A stretch of 64,000 bases of DNA from Gekko japonicus. Lineage: Eukaryota. The notes beneath the pieces were generated by a model. That model was given only the letters and a program-made list of their open reading frames with translations. It did no database searches and was not told where the DNA came from. The stretch's first letter is position 1. Each line of letters opens with the position of its first letter. This document shows, one piece after another, positions 50,301 to 62,834 of the stretch. Made by a program: the position numbers and the translations under genes. The stretch spans positions 22,877 to 86,876 of the forward strand of contig NW_015171594.1 of NCBI RefSeq assembly GCF_001447785.1. The letters are read 5' to 3'.

Positions 50301-53300
50301 CATTTCTGCCCAATGCCAGCCAAAATACACTGGTGCCTTTGATGTTAGTTTGTGCCATACAACATCTGAACAACAACAGCAACAAAATGATCCTCTCCAT
50401 TTTCTTTTCGAATTCATGCATGTTACAGTGATTAATCTTTGAGACTGAGTGACCTGTCAGTTTCGGGCTCCTGTTAGTTCTAGCTGATATGAAGGAATCC
50501 TAGTCACAGCCACCACCTGACAGTCCAGCAGCAAAGCCCAGGTTGAAGAGCATCCCTAGCCTACAAGTCTTTTCTTGTAAGGAGGGCCTGGGTCCCATCT
50601 ACAGTAGGTGATACCACCAAAACAGATCACATGGACAGCCCATCATGTTTTGGTCTTAGCTGGATCTACTTATGGCTGTACCTCATAGCCATATTTAAGT
50701 TCTGTTTTGAAGCAGTTTTAATATAGTAATGCGTTTTGATGAGATTTCTTCAACTTTTACCTTTCTTGAGCCTTCAGTGTTAGGGCAGGCTGAAAGTCCA
50801 AATAAAAGTATAAGAGGGATTCCCTGTAGTTTTTCCCTAGGCAAAGAAAGGGTACCTTTCAGGGCAGAGGAAGTTTAATGTGTAATACTGACGTATACTT
50901 CCAGCTTACACAGATCACCACTAGTGATGGCCAACAAATCTGTTAGATGTTCTTTTGCCAGTGTTATCAGTATTCTATTAATTGTTGTACTCAACTTGTT
51001 TGCTCTTAGCACCTTTCCTGCCACTTGCAAAACATACGATCAAAATTAATGTGACATTATTTTTGCAGTTAGTTACATACGTTGATTCATTTATTTCTGA
51101 TCTGTTTTATACTCTCAGATAGACCTGCCCCATATGAATAAATAAAATGATATGCAAAATAATTAGGTGCTTTCATGCTCAACCTTGCAACAGCCCTTGA
51201 TTAATTAAAGCAATACGGGTGTGCTTGTTGGCTAGTCAGTTTTCTCAGTGTATTTCCTGTATTAATTTGGCTCTCTTAGACATTAGCTGAGAATCTGTGG
51301 TTGTATTATTGTTTTTTTTTTTTTTTAGGATGAGCTTCATGTCTCAAAGTTCTTCAGTAACCCCAACCTTGTGCCATATAAAGCAGCCTTCATAGTCAGC
51401 AATGAACTTTGGGTTGTGACCTCTTTCATGGCTTATGGTAGGTACAGCCTGGGTTTTTCCTCAGTTCTCTTCTGTTCTCAGTCTCTTCTATACTCTGGAA
51501 TATCTGGCATAGTCTCATTCCAAGAAAAAATGGTTTTAACCTTGGGGGCAGAGTGCAGTTCTGTGTGGGGTATGAAATTCTAGGTAGGGCTCTCCAGTTT
51601 CTGCTTCCTCGCAGGTATTTCTGAGGTTAAAAATACCTCTTATAAAGGAGAATATACTCTAAGGCTTTTGTGAATTTTAATCCTGTCTGAGTACAAAGAC
51701 GTCAGACGTTCTGGGCTCTTATGGTAAATCAGAGGGAATATTTTAGTCCCTATCCTGGAGCTTTCCTGAAGGAGGAAGTTGCGTCCTTGCCAAGGGACAG
51801 AACACATGGTAACTTGTACAAATAAAGAGAAACAACTCTTAAAGACAACTGTTTTGGCTTTCTTGCACTACCTTTTCTCTTTGCAGGTTCTGCTAAAGAT
51901 TTAATCTGTACCCATTTTATGGATGGGATGAGTGAACTAGCTATGGCTTATATACTGCAAGGTGTATTGAAGGCTCTTGATTATATCCACCATATGGGAT
52001 ATGTTCACAGGTAAGCAAGGTTGTAGCACTTTAAGCATGAAAAAAGCAAACTTCAGCTGTTCTGAAATCAGTTTCATTATTTTGGCTTCCTGGGGAAAAA
52101 AGCCCCGGGAACTGTAGTCTTTCTGAGCGTGCTTTGTTAGAAAGTTCCTAAGATTCATATGTTGTCCCAAACATAGATATAATTTGTGAAGCAAAAGTTT
52201 GAGTTGAGGGCAGTTTGTGCCTAAGTCTTGATAAGATAATGCCAATATGTGAATCAGTGGAGCAAGCATTCTGTAGCGTGGACTACCACTTGATAGTAAT
52301 AATTAAGCATTATTACTACATTGAAACTGAATTAGGGTCTTCATATCTGCCTTGATGGTGTATTTTTCTCACCTGATCTTGAAAAATAGCTACACAGTAT
52401 CACCTCCTCATACAGGCAGTCCCTGCCCATCTGGCCTTGCCCAATCATGGAGGAGGACAGGGGGGATGGATCAGGAAGCTCAAGTAGAGAACATGCAGCA
52501 GGTCCAGCCAGAGCAGTGTCCATACGGACTTACATTAATGTCAGCTGCTCTGTGCTCTGCAAACCTCTCCACCTAGCTGGTGGAGCTTTGTTTTCCACTA
52601 GCCATGGCGGGGGGTGGGGCAAAAAAGAAAAAGGGGGGGGGGCTTACTATGAGGCCAAGAGAAAATTTTGCAACTGGCTGGAGAGGTGTGCAGGAGTCTA
52701 AGGCAGTTGATACCAGTGTAAGCCTCTAAGGAGGCTACTTTCACCAGAGGTCCTGCTCCTGAAGCACACACAGCAGATCATTCCAGAGCAGCTTCTCTAC
52801 TAACTTAAATTGCTGTCAGCTGCCTTGGGCTCCTGCACTGCTCCAGACTTTCTTTTTTTTTTTAATGTCATGTCCGGTGCCCTGTACTGTTCTCTAGAAG
52901 CACCAGAGTAACAGGCTGTTTGTTGTCTGATGTCTCTAAGGCAGGCTGTATTGGACCAGTGTTCTTCTGAACTGCCTGATCCCTGCAGTGCTCTTGACAG
53001 GAGTTGCCTTGTAGGCCATCTAAGTGCCCTGGATGGGCACTAGGTTTGACATCTCTGTTCTAGTCTCTTGGTAGAACTTCAGTTTCCTGGGCTCCTTGGC
53101 TGAGAGCCATACCACTAAAATGGGATTGAAGCCGGCTCAGATTCACAGTGTAGCCGCAGAACACAATTCATGGCATCAGATACTTTGCAATGTTGTGGCA
53201 TTGGAAGCCTGGGCCAGCAGAGGTAGATCTGAAGGGCACTGATGACATCTTGTTCCCACACCTTGCAGGAGAGCATTACCCACACTCCAAAGGCTGCCAG

Positions 53301-56300
53301 ATTATGTTTGCAGGTAGGAGCCAAATCAGCCTAGCGCAGAACGTGACATCTTGAACTAGACTGGGCCATGAGCAACACGTTTGAGAGCCTTTGGCCTTTT
53401 GCTTGGATTTCAGGTTAAGTTGAGGAATGAGAAATTAAATCTTCATGGGCTGAAGTTGCTGTACCTTCTACACGTGTTAGCGTTGACTCTCCTGAACTGC
53501 CAGATTATTTGTTGCTCTGCCCTAGGACTCAGTATATGGTCTAGAGTTTTGGAGACTTGGGAGGGGGGTTTGTGGCTGCTTTCTCTCTGTCCTCTTTGCA
53601 TGCAGGAGTGTGAAGGCCAGTCATGTCCTGATTTCTGCAGATGGAAAGGTGTACCTCTCTGGCCTGCGCAGTAATCTAAGCATGATCAGACATGGTCAGC
53701 GCCTCAAAGTAGTTCATGATTTCCCCAAGTTCAGCATCAAGGTCTTACCATGGCTGAGCCCAGAGGTCTTGCAGCAGGTATGTTGATTCTCGCTTGGTCT
53801 TACTGTCTTAGCTTCAGTTTGGCCAGGACCAAGTCTTGCAGATGTATTTAACACACATCTTTTCTCCCCAGCGGTGACCCAAAATAGCTCACAACAGCAT
53901 TCATCCCTCCTCCATTATCCGTGAGCTTAACCTACTTCACTGGGTGGCTGTTTTAAGTGAACAAAGTGACTGGCCCAAGATCACCCAGTGAACTTCCGTG
54001 GCAAAGTAGGCACGTGAAACTGGGTCTCCCAGATCCTAGTCCAACACTCTAACAACCGGTACACCACACTGGCTCTTCAAATATTTTTCACGGATAAAAT
54101 TAACTGTATTGCATAGAGCCCCCCATACTGCTTCAACCAGAAAATTTTACTTATCGAAAGACACCGCTAAACCTTTGCACCAGGAAGCCTGAACTGAGCT
54201 GCTGCTGCTTCCTTCTCCTCCTTGAACTCCTTTTTATTCATTAGGTTTTCTTCCTTTGACTGTTGCCAAGATTGCAATAAAAGCCTCTGTAAATACATAT
54301 CAATTGTCTTTGTGAGCCACCATGATCAATTATTTAACTCTTTCTTTGTTCATTTTTCCTTGGTTTAAGGAGGGTCCCAAAATATCCCAACATATTTTTT
54401 TTCATGTTTATGGTTTTAGAATCTTCAGGGCTATGATGCAAAATCTGATATCTACAGTGTGGGAATAACGGCCTGTGAGCTGGCGAATGGCCATGTCCCC
54501 TTCAAGGATATGCCTGTGACTCAGGTATGCTATTCTTTTACTACTTTTCCAACTACACTGTATAGAGGAGCAAGGAAGCTACATGTATTGTGGCATTAAT
54601 TTGTTGGCTTTGGAATGACCCTGCATTGTCCCAAGACTATAGAGCCACTGGATTACATGAAGTAAACTAAAGATGGGGGCATGAGCTTAAATTGCTTGTT
54701 AAAACAGATATGCCTTTCCTTCTTGAACTTTAGATGCTTTTAGAGAAGCTAAACGGCACAGTCCCTTGCCTTCTGGACACCACCACCATCCCTCCGGAGG
54801 AGCTGATGACAAAACCATTACGATCAGGAGCCAGCACGGGGTTCGGGGAAAATATGGCAGCCAGCAATGCCAAAGCTTCCAATGGCGAAGCAGCACCACA
54901 TCCATATCTTCGTACCTTCTCACCCAGCTTTCATCACTTTGTAGAACAATGCCTTCATAGGAACCCAGAACTAAGGTACCACAAGAGCAGATTGGAGGAG
55001 GTTTGAAGTGTTACAGCCCCTAGGGAGATGGAGGAGAGGCTGCTGCCTGTGGTACATTCCAGCTTTTTCTGCTACCATGATCCTAGAAATTTGCTCCTTC
55101 TGGAGGAAGGCTCTCCCACCAAAGCGTGCTTTCAAGATCCTCTTGAAAGAGGCAAGTTTCTAGGCCCTTAGTAGCAAATGATAAACGTGTATATTTTGAA
55201 ACAGCTACAGCATAAGCCTGTATAGTGGATCCTTATAGCTCTGGCATTAAAAGGGGGGGGGGGGAATGCTTTGTTAAAAATATCTGTCCTCAAATTTTTA
55301 AAAAAACCCAATACATTTCCTGTCAAAACATGCAGTTTTGCAGATTTGTGTTTCAGTTGCTGTTTCTGGACTTAGAATGGTCTGACATGAATCATGATAA
55401 ATAAGAAGGCGACCCCTCAAAACATCCTACAACAACAAAGTGCAGCGGCACAAGGGGGGGGGGGCGTGCCTATCCACTAGCAATGAAAAATATATGACAC
55501 ATGGTGGGGAACTCCCAAGTATGGACATGTTTCCTATAATCCCTCCAATTCTTGTTTATTTAGCTTATGTATAGCCTGCCTTTCTCACTGGGACTCAAGG
55601 TGAACGATAGAGAACAGAAGGAGAAAAAAATGTATTCATACAGTATAGAACATTTTAGATTCAATGCATTAGGACTAGGCGTACACCATCGAATGACTGT
55701 GCAAGCAATAATATGAACATACAATGTGAGCAATACAGTGGACAGTGCAAGTGAACAATGTAGTAGCACTAGGAACACAACACTAATTGACCGTAGGACT
55801 AGGACTAGGAATACAAAATAAAATGACAATGTGAACAGCAGATTGCCAGGCTGGGATTACAAGGCAATGCATTACCCATTTCCACATGAAGGTGCCCTTC
55901 TGGACCATTCTGTCCCACTACACTTCTAGCTCCATTACAAGAATGCCCTCTTGAACATTGCTGCGTTGGAACATTTTCGGAATGATAGTATCTCTTTCTT
56001 TCCATAGCAGTAGTTGAGTTTGGTAGATCTGAGGCTTGGAAGTCCTGAGGAGGAAGAAACTTTTTTTGTTGCTTTCCATCTTGTTCCCTTGCATATTGAC
56101 GCATGACATCTTTGTTGTGTTTCCCTTGCACAGACCAAGCGCAAGTACCCTGCTCAACCATTCTTTTTTCAAACAGGTAAGCAACCTGCCTCCCCAGTAA
56201 CGTCTTCTCTTGTTTCAGCACACTTGAGGGATATTGGCCGGGGGGGGGGGGGGGGGTGGCACTGATGCTGAAGCAAAACAAGGAGTGCTTCATGTCCTCC

Positions 56301-56973
56301 TTATCTCTTGTCATGCCAATGTCATTTCTGGAGTAAAGCACTCAAGCACTGACCAGATCCCGCGCAAAAGAGTCAGGTTTTGTTTCCATATTCTATGGAT
56401 AAAAACATGCAATTCTGACTATATAGCTAAAAGAGCCTTACTGTTAGGCACTAATCTAGAGTAAGTAACTATCTATTTGGTAAAGTAATTCACCTGACCA
56501 GCTGAGGCTATTCTGTGATACAATTGTGCAAGGCAGGTGGGCAGAAATTACTTCTTCTGTGTGTCAGCTTTTTAAATCCTCTTTCAAGGCTAAGTTTGAA
56601 AATGACAAATGCTGGGCTGTGTTTATGCTGGCCTGATCCTCCCCCTCCTCCCCCCCTCCTGTCAGTTCAAAACATAACATTTCTCTCAGTCTCCCTAGGT
56701 GGAGGAATAATTAGCAGATGTGAGATCAAAGTGATGTGAATTCCAGCTCACTTTTTCTCACCAGCAGAATGCCTTGCATCATGTATAGTAGATTTTTTAA
56801 AATTCTTCCCTCTCCTCCAGGTCAAACGCCGTCCATCTGAAGCGCTCCCTGAACTGTTGTACCCTGTCACACCAATGACTTGTTTTGAAGGCCTGCAAGT
56901 GCAAGATCCAAACAGTATTTGTGGAGTGGAATCTAGTTTGGAGCAGCTCACACTAGATGACTGGGAATTCTAG
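38282..56973 (+). CDS. STRADA: STE20-related kinase adaptor alpha (pseudokinase); 12 coding exons, 1296 nt, 431 aa
   Basis: join(38282-38317,41044-41101,42300-42328,45991-46093,48777-48898,51329-51437,51887-52010,53606-53777,54420-54524,54734-54975,56134-56176,56821-56973); all introns GT-AG with consistent phases; [24 protein letters not shown]...HRSVKASH...SGLRS...DDWEF. Confidence 0.96.
41044..41101 (+). CDS. STRADA: STRADA coding exon 2 ([19 protein letters not shown])
   Basis: ttttctag acceptor, gtaagt donor. Confidence 0.93.
41127..41466 (-). mobile_element. Sauria SINE, full length, 9-bp TSD
   Basis: (ACCTTT)n tail seen as aaaggtaaagg; gtcgagtccgactctaggg; tRNA-like head; TSD acataagta at 41118-41126 and 41467-41475. 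Confidence 0.92.
42300..42328 (+). CDS. STRADA: STRADA coding exon 3 ([10 protein letters not shown])
   Basis: ttactgcag acceptor, gtaagt donor. Confidence 0.92.
45444..45665 (+). mobile_element. tRNA-derived SINE (Squam2-like)
   Basis: gggctgtggttgagtggtagagcatctgc...ggttcaatt...gatggaccagcagtctgattcagtataaggcagcttc; a 5' piece also at ~58355-58475. Confidence 0.8.
45991..46093 (+). CDS. STRADA: STRADA coding exon 4 ([10 protein letters not shown]...YELLNVI)
   Basis: ttttccag acceptor, gtaagt donor. Confidence 0.95.
46200..46520 (+). mobile_element. L2 LINE C-terminal fragment, intronic
   Basis: Degenerate LDYCN.L.VG.P.KSVQKL motif. Confidence 0.6.
48777..48898 (+). CDS. STRADA: STRADA coding exon 5 ([30 protein letters not shown]...FLQ)
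   Basis: ttccag acceptor, gtagag donor. Confidence 0.96.
51329..51437 (+). CDS. STRADA: STRADA coding exon 6 ([18 protein letters not shown]...SFMAY)
   Basis: Poly-T acceptor, gtaggt donor. Confidence 0.96.
51887..52010 (+). CDS. STRADA: STRADA coding exon 7 ([14 protein letters not shown]...YVHR)
   Basis: ttgcag acceptor, gtaagc donor. Confidence 0.96.
53606..53777 (+). CDS. STRADA: STRADA coding exon 8 ([10 protein letters not shown]...SGLRS...WLSPEVLQQ)
   Basis: tgcag acceptor, gtatgt donor. Confidence 0.96.
54420..54524 (+). CDS. STRADA: STRADA coding exon 9 ([15 protein letters not shown]...MPVTQ)
   Basis: ttttag acceptor, gtatgc donor. Confidence 0.96.
54734..54975 (+). CDS. STRADA: STRADA coding exon 10 ([15 protein letters not shown]...RNPELR)
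   Basis: ctttag acceptor, gtacca donor; matches ORF 54734..55006. Confidence 0.95.
56134..56176 (+). CDS. STRADA: STRADA coding exon 11 ([14 protein letters not shown])
   Basis: gcacag acceptor, gtaagc donor. Confidence 0.95.
56821..56973 (+). CDS. STRADA: STRADA last coding exon ([13 protein letters not shown]...DDWEF*)
   Basis: ctccag acceptor; C-terminal WEF MO25-binding motif; TAG at 56971-56973. Confidence 0.96.
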   Translation, partial: VKRRPSEALPELLYPVTPMTCFEGLQVQDPNSICGVESSLEQLTLDDWEF

Positions 56974-58173
56974 TTCCTCAAAGGAAGAAAACATATCAGA
57001 TTTAGAAGCTTTCTGCAGAGATGGTTAATTTATTTAACCTCTTCCTTTCTCACACAACAGCGATGAATGTTACATTGCAGAAGTTTACACATCTTAAGGC
57101 GATCCAGACATCACTTGCATTGGATCACAGTCAGAGAGCAGACTAGCGCCTGCAAGGAGGCGGGGCAGGAAGGAAAACAATGTATAGAGAGATGGTGCTG
57201 GAGATTCTTTGCTGCTGTGTAGTTCAGATTAAGGCTTGAATATGTCCAAAATGAGCCCATTTCCCCTGGTATTTCTAAGTGGTGCCACGGCAGTCCCTAG
57301 AGGATTTGGTGTTCTTAATGATTTCCTGGTCAAGGGACAACTGAGAGCCTGCTTGAATATCCAGACTCTACCTGCAGTACATGATTGTTGAGAGCTTGAG
57401 CAGTGGAAAACTAGTGGTTTCATAAGACAAGGCAGAGATTGCATTTGCAAGAAGCATATCCCAGGCTGAGCTTGGTTTTCCTCTGTATAAAACTCATCCC
57501 CCCCCCACTAAAAAAGATACAATTCCAAGCTAATGTTCTGGTGCTAAATGCAGCAAACAGCAAGTCAGAGGGACCGGTCTCAGTGTTTCCTGATCAGATA
57601 CCATTTCTCATTAACGTTTTTGCAGTAGTATAGCATCCGTCCAGAGAGCTCTCTGTGCACACTTTGTCTGCAAATCTCACCCGTATCCCCTACAGTAGAC
57701 AATACAGAGGAAGAATGGCTTTGACACAGCAAGAATGCCTGTTCCTATAGCTGTCTCTCCTGGATTTACATCTGTTATCGAAAGGCAACCCATTCTTTCT
57801 ATTTTTGTCCCACCGTTCCCTTTTTTTTTTTGCCTCTGTTTCTGTAGTTTCTGATTCTACAATATTTTGCCTGCCTGAGAAGTTTCCACCTTGCACAAAC
57901 ACTGGTTGGGAATATAAAATTGCAGAACCTTGCAATCTGGCCCCTAGAGTTTTACTGTTCTCCTTGTGTGTTAAGGCCTTTCTCTTTCAGGTTTTCCCCC
58001 TCTGGGCTAGTTTCTTTCAAAGTATTTTTACTCAGTTGAGCACTAAGCCAAGCCCTTTTTGCATCTGGCTGCCTGGAGCAGTGGTGCTGTCTGCAAGACC
58101 GTGTGTTTATGCTCGCACATGTGTGTTAAGCTGTACTTGATCCCAAAGTTTGCTGTTCTAATTTTGTTGCCAA

Positions 58174-58179
58174 AATAAA
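58174..58179 (+). terminator. STRADA: Probable STRADA polyadenylation signal (3' UTR ~1.2 kb)
   Basis: First AATAAA noticed after the stop; T/GT-rich tract follows at ~58212-58240. Confidence 0.6.
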
Positions 58180-58638
58180 ATTATTTTGCACTCTTCCAAC
58201 CTTCCATGCAACTTCTTGTTTTGTCTTGCAGTGAGTGTTGACTTGCTGAAAGGATTGTCCACTTGTAAGTGAAAGCACAATTCCTTGGTAAGCTATAAGG
58301 AAATAGAGTTTCATACTTTAATTGAGCTCTTTGGTTCTGGCTCAGTTAGGAAAGGGAGAGTGTCTGTGGCTGAGTGGTAGAGCATCCGCTCAGCAAGTGT
58401 AGGATCCCAGGTTCAGTCCCTGGCATCTTCATATAAAAGGATCAGGTGATAGCTGATGTGAAACATCTCCAGCTAGCCCCTGACTGTGGGCTTCCTCTTC
58501 CAGGCTGTCTTAATGAGCAGTCCAATGTAGAACTGTTAGAGAATGAACTTGATATTTGCTTTATGGACTATTTATTGCTACACACAATGGACTGTGCACA
58601 CACACGTAGGGTCAGAAAGCTGTACACTTTAAGTCACC

Positions 58639-59599
58639 TGTTGTGATGCCACACATAGAAGGTGCCTGCACATACCTTACTTGTAAGTAAGGTTTCAGCT
58701 ACACAGTTGCCAAGCCTGGTGAAGAAGCACACACCTCCATTATTGTGAGCAATGGAACAACAATCTCGAGAAGAGACAGCCCCCATTGCAGAACTGTTTG
58801 TAGTCACGTACTACCCATTGCCTGCTTTGTTCCTGCATTGGTATTTCCTGCCATATGGACATTTGATTATCAATAGAATGGCCAGCTTCATCAGCACAAC
58901 AATGGAGCATTCTGATGCCTAGGTTTTCACATCTGTCCAGATGCCATACTTCGAGTAAGGTTTTAGGTTACAATATTGCCCATCCCCTCAGGTAATCTCC
59001 CCTTCCCATAGGCAACCAATAGGATTGTTTTTGGGACGAACTAACAGGTAGGTGGGTCAAGAGGCTGGCACAGTTACCACCCATCTCTTGGACCCCTTAT
59101 AAAAGGGAAGGACCATTCACCTGGCCCTTCCTAGCTAGCAATCCCTGCATCAGCCCCTATCTGCTTTTACTCCCCTTGAGTCCCACTTACTATCCCCAAC
59201 CCTTGCCTCTACTTTGATCTCTTGATCTGCAGTCAAGAGAACCCCACACAGTCCGGCTAGTTCTGGTAGTGTGGATCCCTTTATTTTCCATTTCTTCCCA
59301 TCCATTCTTCATTGGAACAACCAAGCTGCAAGACAGATAAGTATCGCCCACCATCACTCGTACTGGCTAATGCGAAAGTACTTATTTCTTACTGTAAATC
59401 TTAGGAACTTGATTGAATGTGTGAGTGCATCAGTATTGTTTGTATGAGATATATATTTTAAGTAAAATACATCTATTTTAACCACAACAGCCTCAAATCC
59501 TTTACTGGTGACCCTTGGTGGGAACAGGACCTTGGTATAAACTGGCAAGAACCCATTTATAAATTGCCAATTGCTGTAAATAAAGCAATTCGGCTAACA
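58639..59599 (+). mobile_element. Probable solo LTR
   Basis: tgttg...taaca ends; CCAAT ~59016, TATAAAA ~59098 and AGTAAA ~59461 in LTR order; TSD unclear. Confidence 0.45.
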
Positions 59600-61902
59600 G
59601 AACACCTTACAATAATTCATAACATTTTTCCAATGATAACCCACAAATCCAAGTTTACATTGCATGGTGACCCAACCAGGGCTGGCCCAAGATTTTTCGT
59701 GCTATGGTGTTAAAACCCATCTAGCCCAGCATTTTATTTTTTTTTATTTAGAGTGGCTAACCAGATGTTTTGGAGAAACCAACGAACTTTCTACAGAGAA
59801 TGCAGCTGTGCCCAAACACATGACATTCTGAAGTTTACTGCCTTTGCATATGGAGGTTACATTCCAGCCTTTCATCACTCTCTTCTTCTCCATTACTCCC
59901 TCTAAGCCCCCCATAAGATTCTTAGAAATTTGCATCAAGGGACATTTTATTTGAATTTTTATCACTTGACAACTAATATCAACTAATTGATGACATTGAA
60001 GATACTGTTTCCAGGGTCAAGGCTTGCTTTCCAAAATACAAATGCCTTGCCTCAAATTAAGCACTTAAGTTGTTTCTTCTAGGAGCTACTTCATACATGA
60101 TCTTCCTACAGGGACAGTCTACATTAAAAAATGTTTTTACTGAGTGCAGTTGGTTATATTCAACAGCATGCATTCTTTACAAAAAAGGAGAATGACAAGG
60201 CCATAAAACAGTAGAGATCCATGATGTAGCTGCTGCCATATTTTGTGCTCATTCTATACAACCTAGCTCTGGACGTATTGATAAAAATGAAACAACAATT
60301 GAATTTTGTCCAATCAATGTTTGAATTTTCTTTCTTTAATTTGATTACCATTTCACTGTCTTAAGCTTTCCTTTGACTAGATGGAGCAGCCATGCTGAAG
60401 ATCATGGAAAACACATTAATAAAAACATGTGGATGGGGGCTTTACTAAGATTGGGAAGAAATCACCTCAGCAGTCTTTGGGCCTGTGAAGGAAGGGACTT
60501 GCAAGCCCTGTTCCCTCAGATGGAAAACCTGTGGCCATTTCAAGTCTTTGCTCAGTGGCACTGTCACTTTCCCTCCCTCCTAGGAGACACCCGAATCCAA
60601 ACGGTATTGGTTGCTGCCACCAGCAAATCAGAGAGTATCTCCCTCAGGATATATTTGTACATCAAGCACTCTATTCCTAGGTTGCTTTGAGAGGCTCTGT
60701 CTAGTTGCCATGTCTCCTACTTCACTCCTACAAGCTACAATGGGGATGGTGTATCACACTTTTGAGCTGTTGTGCTCAAGGGATGGTGAACTTACCCATT
60801 GCTCTTCCCTGTTAGCAGTCTTGACAGCAGGACCAAATGGATATGGGATGCTGACAGAGTTCAGGCTTCAAGCATTCAATCAAGATACAAGAAAGTTTAA
60901 TTTTTAAGAAGTACACATGGGGTGATCAAGCACCAAGTTGGGCACGCATGCAAAGAAGAGTTAAAAACATGATCGTTCAATCTGTACTTGGTACTTATCT
61001 ATACAATTTTAATTAGGACAAGGTAGTATTTCTTGAAGTTTCAGTAGATAAAAGTCTACCATTACCTTAGTTCTCAGAACATGGACTTCTCCCCATTGTT
61101 CCGCATCATATATAAAATATGAAGTCCCTAGATAAAGATTTACTCCATGGCTTATGCACATCCATAAAGAAGATCAAGATGCAAGAGAGTGTCTTTCCCG
61201 TATCCTGGGAATTTATAATCTCTCCTTGGGAGCCCACAGAATGCTGCGTCATTATGGAATAATCTAAGCAATGTATGTTGGCACAATGGATAAAAGCATG
61301 TCCTTTGCAAAATTTTCTCCAATGCCACTAAATCTCACTTGGGGTTTGGCTCAAGCTGCACAATCTGATTTGGTTAGCCATTATTATCATGGAAACGGAT
61401 GGAGACTGCAAAGCAGACAGAGAGAGGTGGAAGGCTGGGTGGCCCCAGCCAAGACTGACTACAGCAGTAACCACTATTTTGTTTCAGCTGCTCTGTAGCT
61501 GTAACTGTACCTAGAAGGGGGGCAAACAAATAAAGAACTGGAGTTCTGTATTCAGTTATCAAAATAAATCATACTTATTACAAATCCTTATCTACAAGCA
61601 ATGTGGTAAAAAGCAATATTCAAATGTTTTAATACAGTCATTTAAAAAATAAATGAAAGAAAATATGGTGTTTTTTAGGATAGCAAAACTAGAGATTCAT
61701 TGTAGGTGATGCACCATGTAAAGAGAGCATAGGTGCTAAATTGGGTTAACATTATCTACCGATCATAGGCTGAAAAGCACCATAAGCAAAGTCTCAGTGT
61801 GACTGAGGCAGATAAGCACCATAAGCAAAGTCTCATTGTGACTGTGAGGCAAAGTCTGGTTGTCTCTTCAATACTGCATCTTTTGAGAGGTGCTCTTTGA
61901 GG

Positions 61903-62834
61903 TCACCACCGTGTTACATTCACACCTGTTCTCTTCCTCAGAGCCACTTGGATGTCTTTGTTTCTCAAGGTATAAATAATGGGATTCATGAGTGGTGGCA
62001 AAACTGCATAAAAACGGCAGCTAACAAGTCCATAGATGGAGATGACATCTCTTTTGGCCTCATGTAAGAAAACATGACAGTAAAAACAAACAGAGAAAAC
62101 ATTGTCAGGTGAGGGATGCAGGTGGAAAAAGCTTTATACTTCCCTTGGCCTGACTGGATTTTGAACACAGCAGAGAAGATGTAGCTGTAAGAAACCAAAA
62201 TGAACACAGAACAAACTGACCCTATAGTAAGAACACAGACAAAATTGAACATCTCATTGAACTTGGTATCTGTGCAAGATATCCTAAACAACTGACGGAT
62301 ATCACAGAAATATTGTTCAACAAGATTGGATGAGCAGAACTGTAGCCTAAAGGTGTTTAATGTTGTTATTGTCCCATTAATTAAACTGAAGACCAACGCA
62401 GCAGCTGCCATTTCAAAACAGGCATTCCAGTTCATGATCAGCGTGTACTGGAGAGGATGGCAGATTGCTACATAGCGGTCATAAGCCATGACAGCAAGCA
62501 GGGAAATTTCTGCAGTAGCACATGCAACAACCAGGTAAACTTGGCTGACACATCCTGCAAAAGAAATCCGATTGTCATTTATCAATGAAATGACCATGGA
62601 TTTGGGAACGGTGGCAGAGATGAAGCAGGCATCTACTGATGACAAAACAGCCAGGAAAAAGTACATGGGAGTGTGAAGGTGAGGAATCAGGGCCACGGAC
62701 ACAATGATGAGAAAATTTCCCATCAGAGTTGCCAAGTAGAGAGAGAGAAACACCATGAAATGTAAAATCTGTAGCTTTCGCATATCAGAGAATCTTAGAA
62801 GGAGGAATTCGGTCACAACTGTTTGGTTTACCAT
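61903..62834 (-). pseudogene. OR14-like olfactory receptor with a 1-nt frameshift in TM7 (or intact if a sequencing error)
   Basis: MVNQTVVTEFLLLRFSD...LHTPMYFF...MAYDRYVAIC...KAFSTCIPHL; after the T-run at 62014-62010 the shifted frame continues YAVLPPLMNPIIYTLRNKDIQVAL to TGA at 61905-61903; acceptor AG at 62855-62854. Confidence 0.9.
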
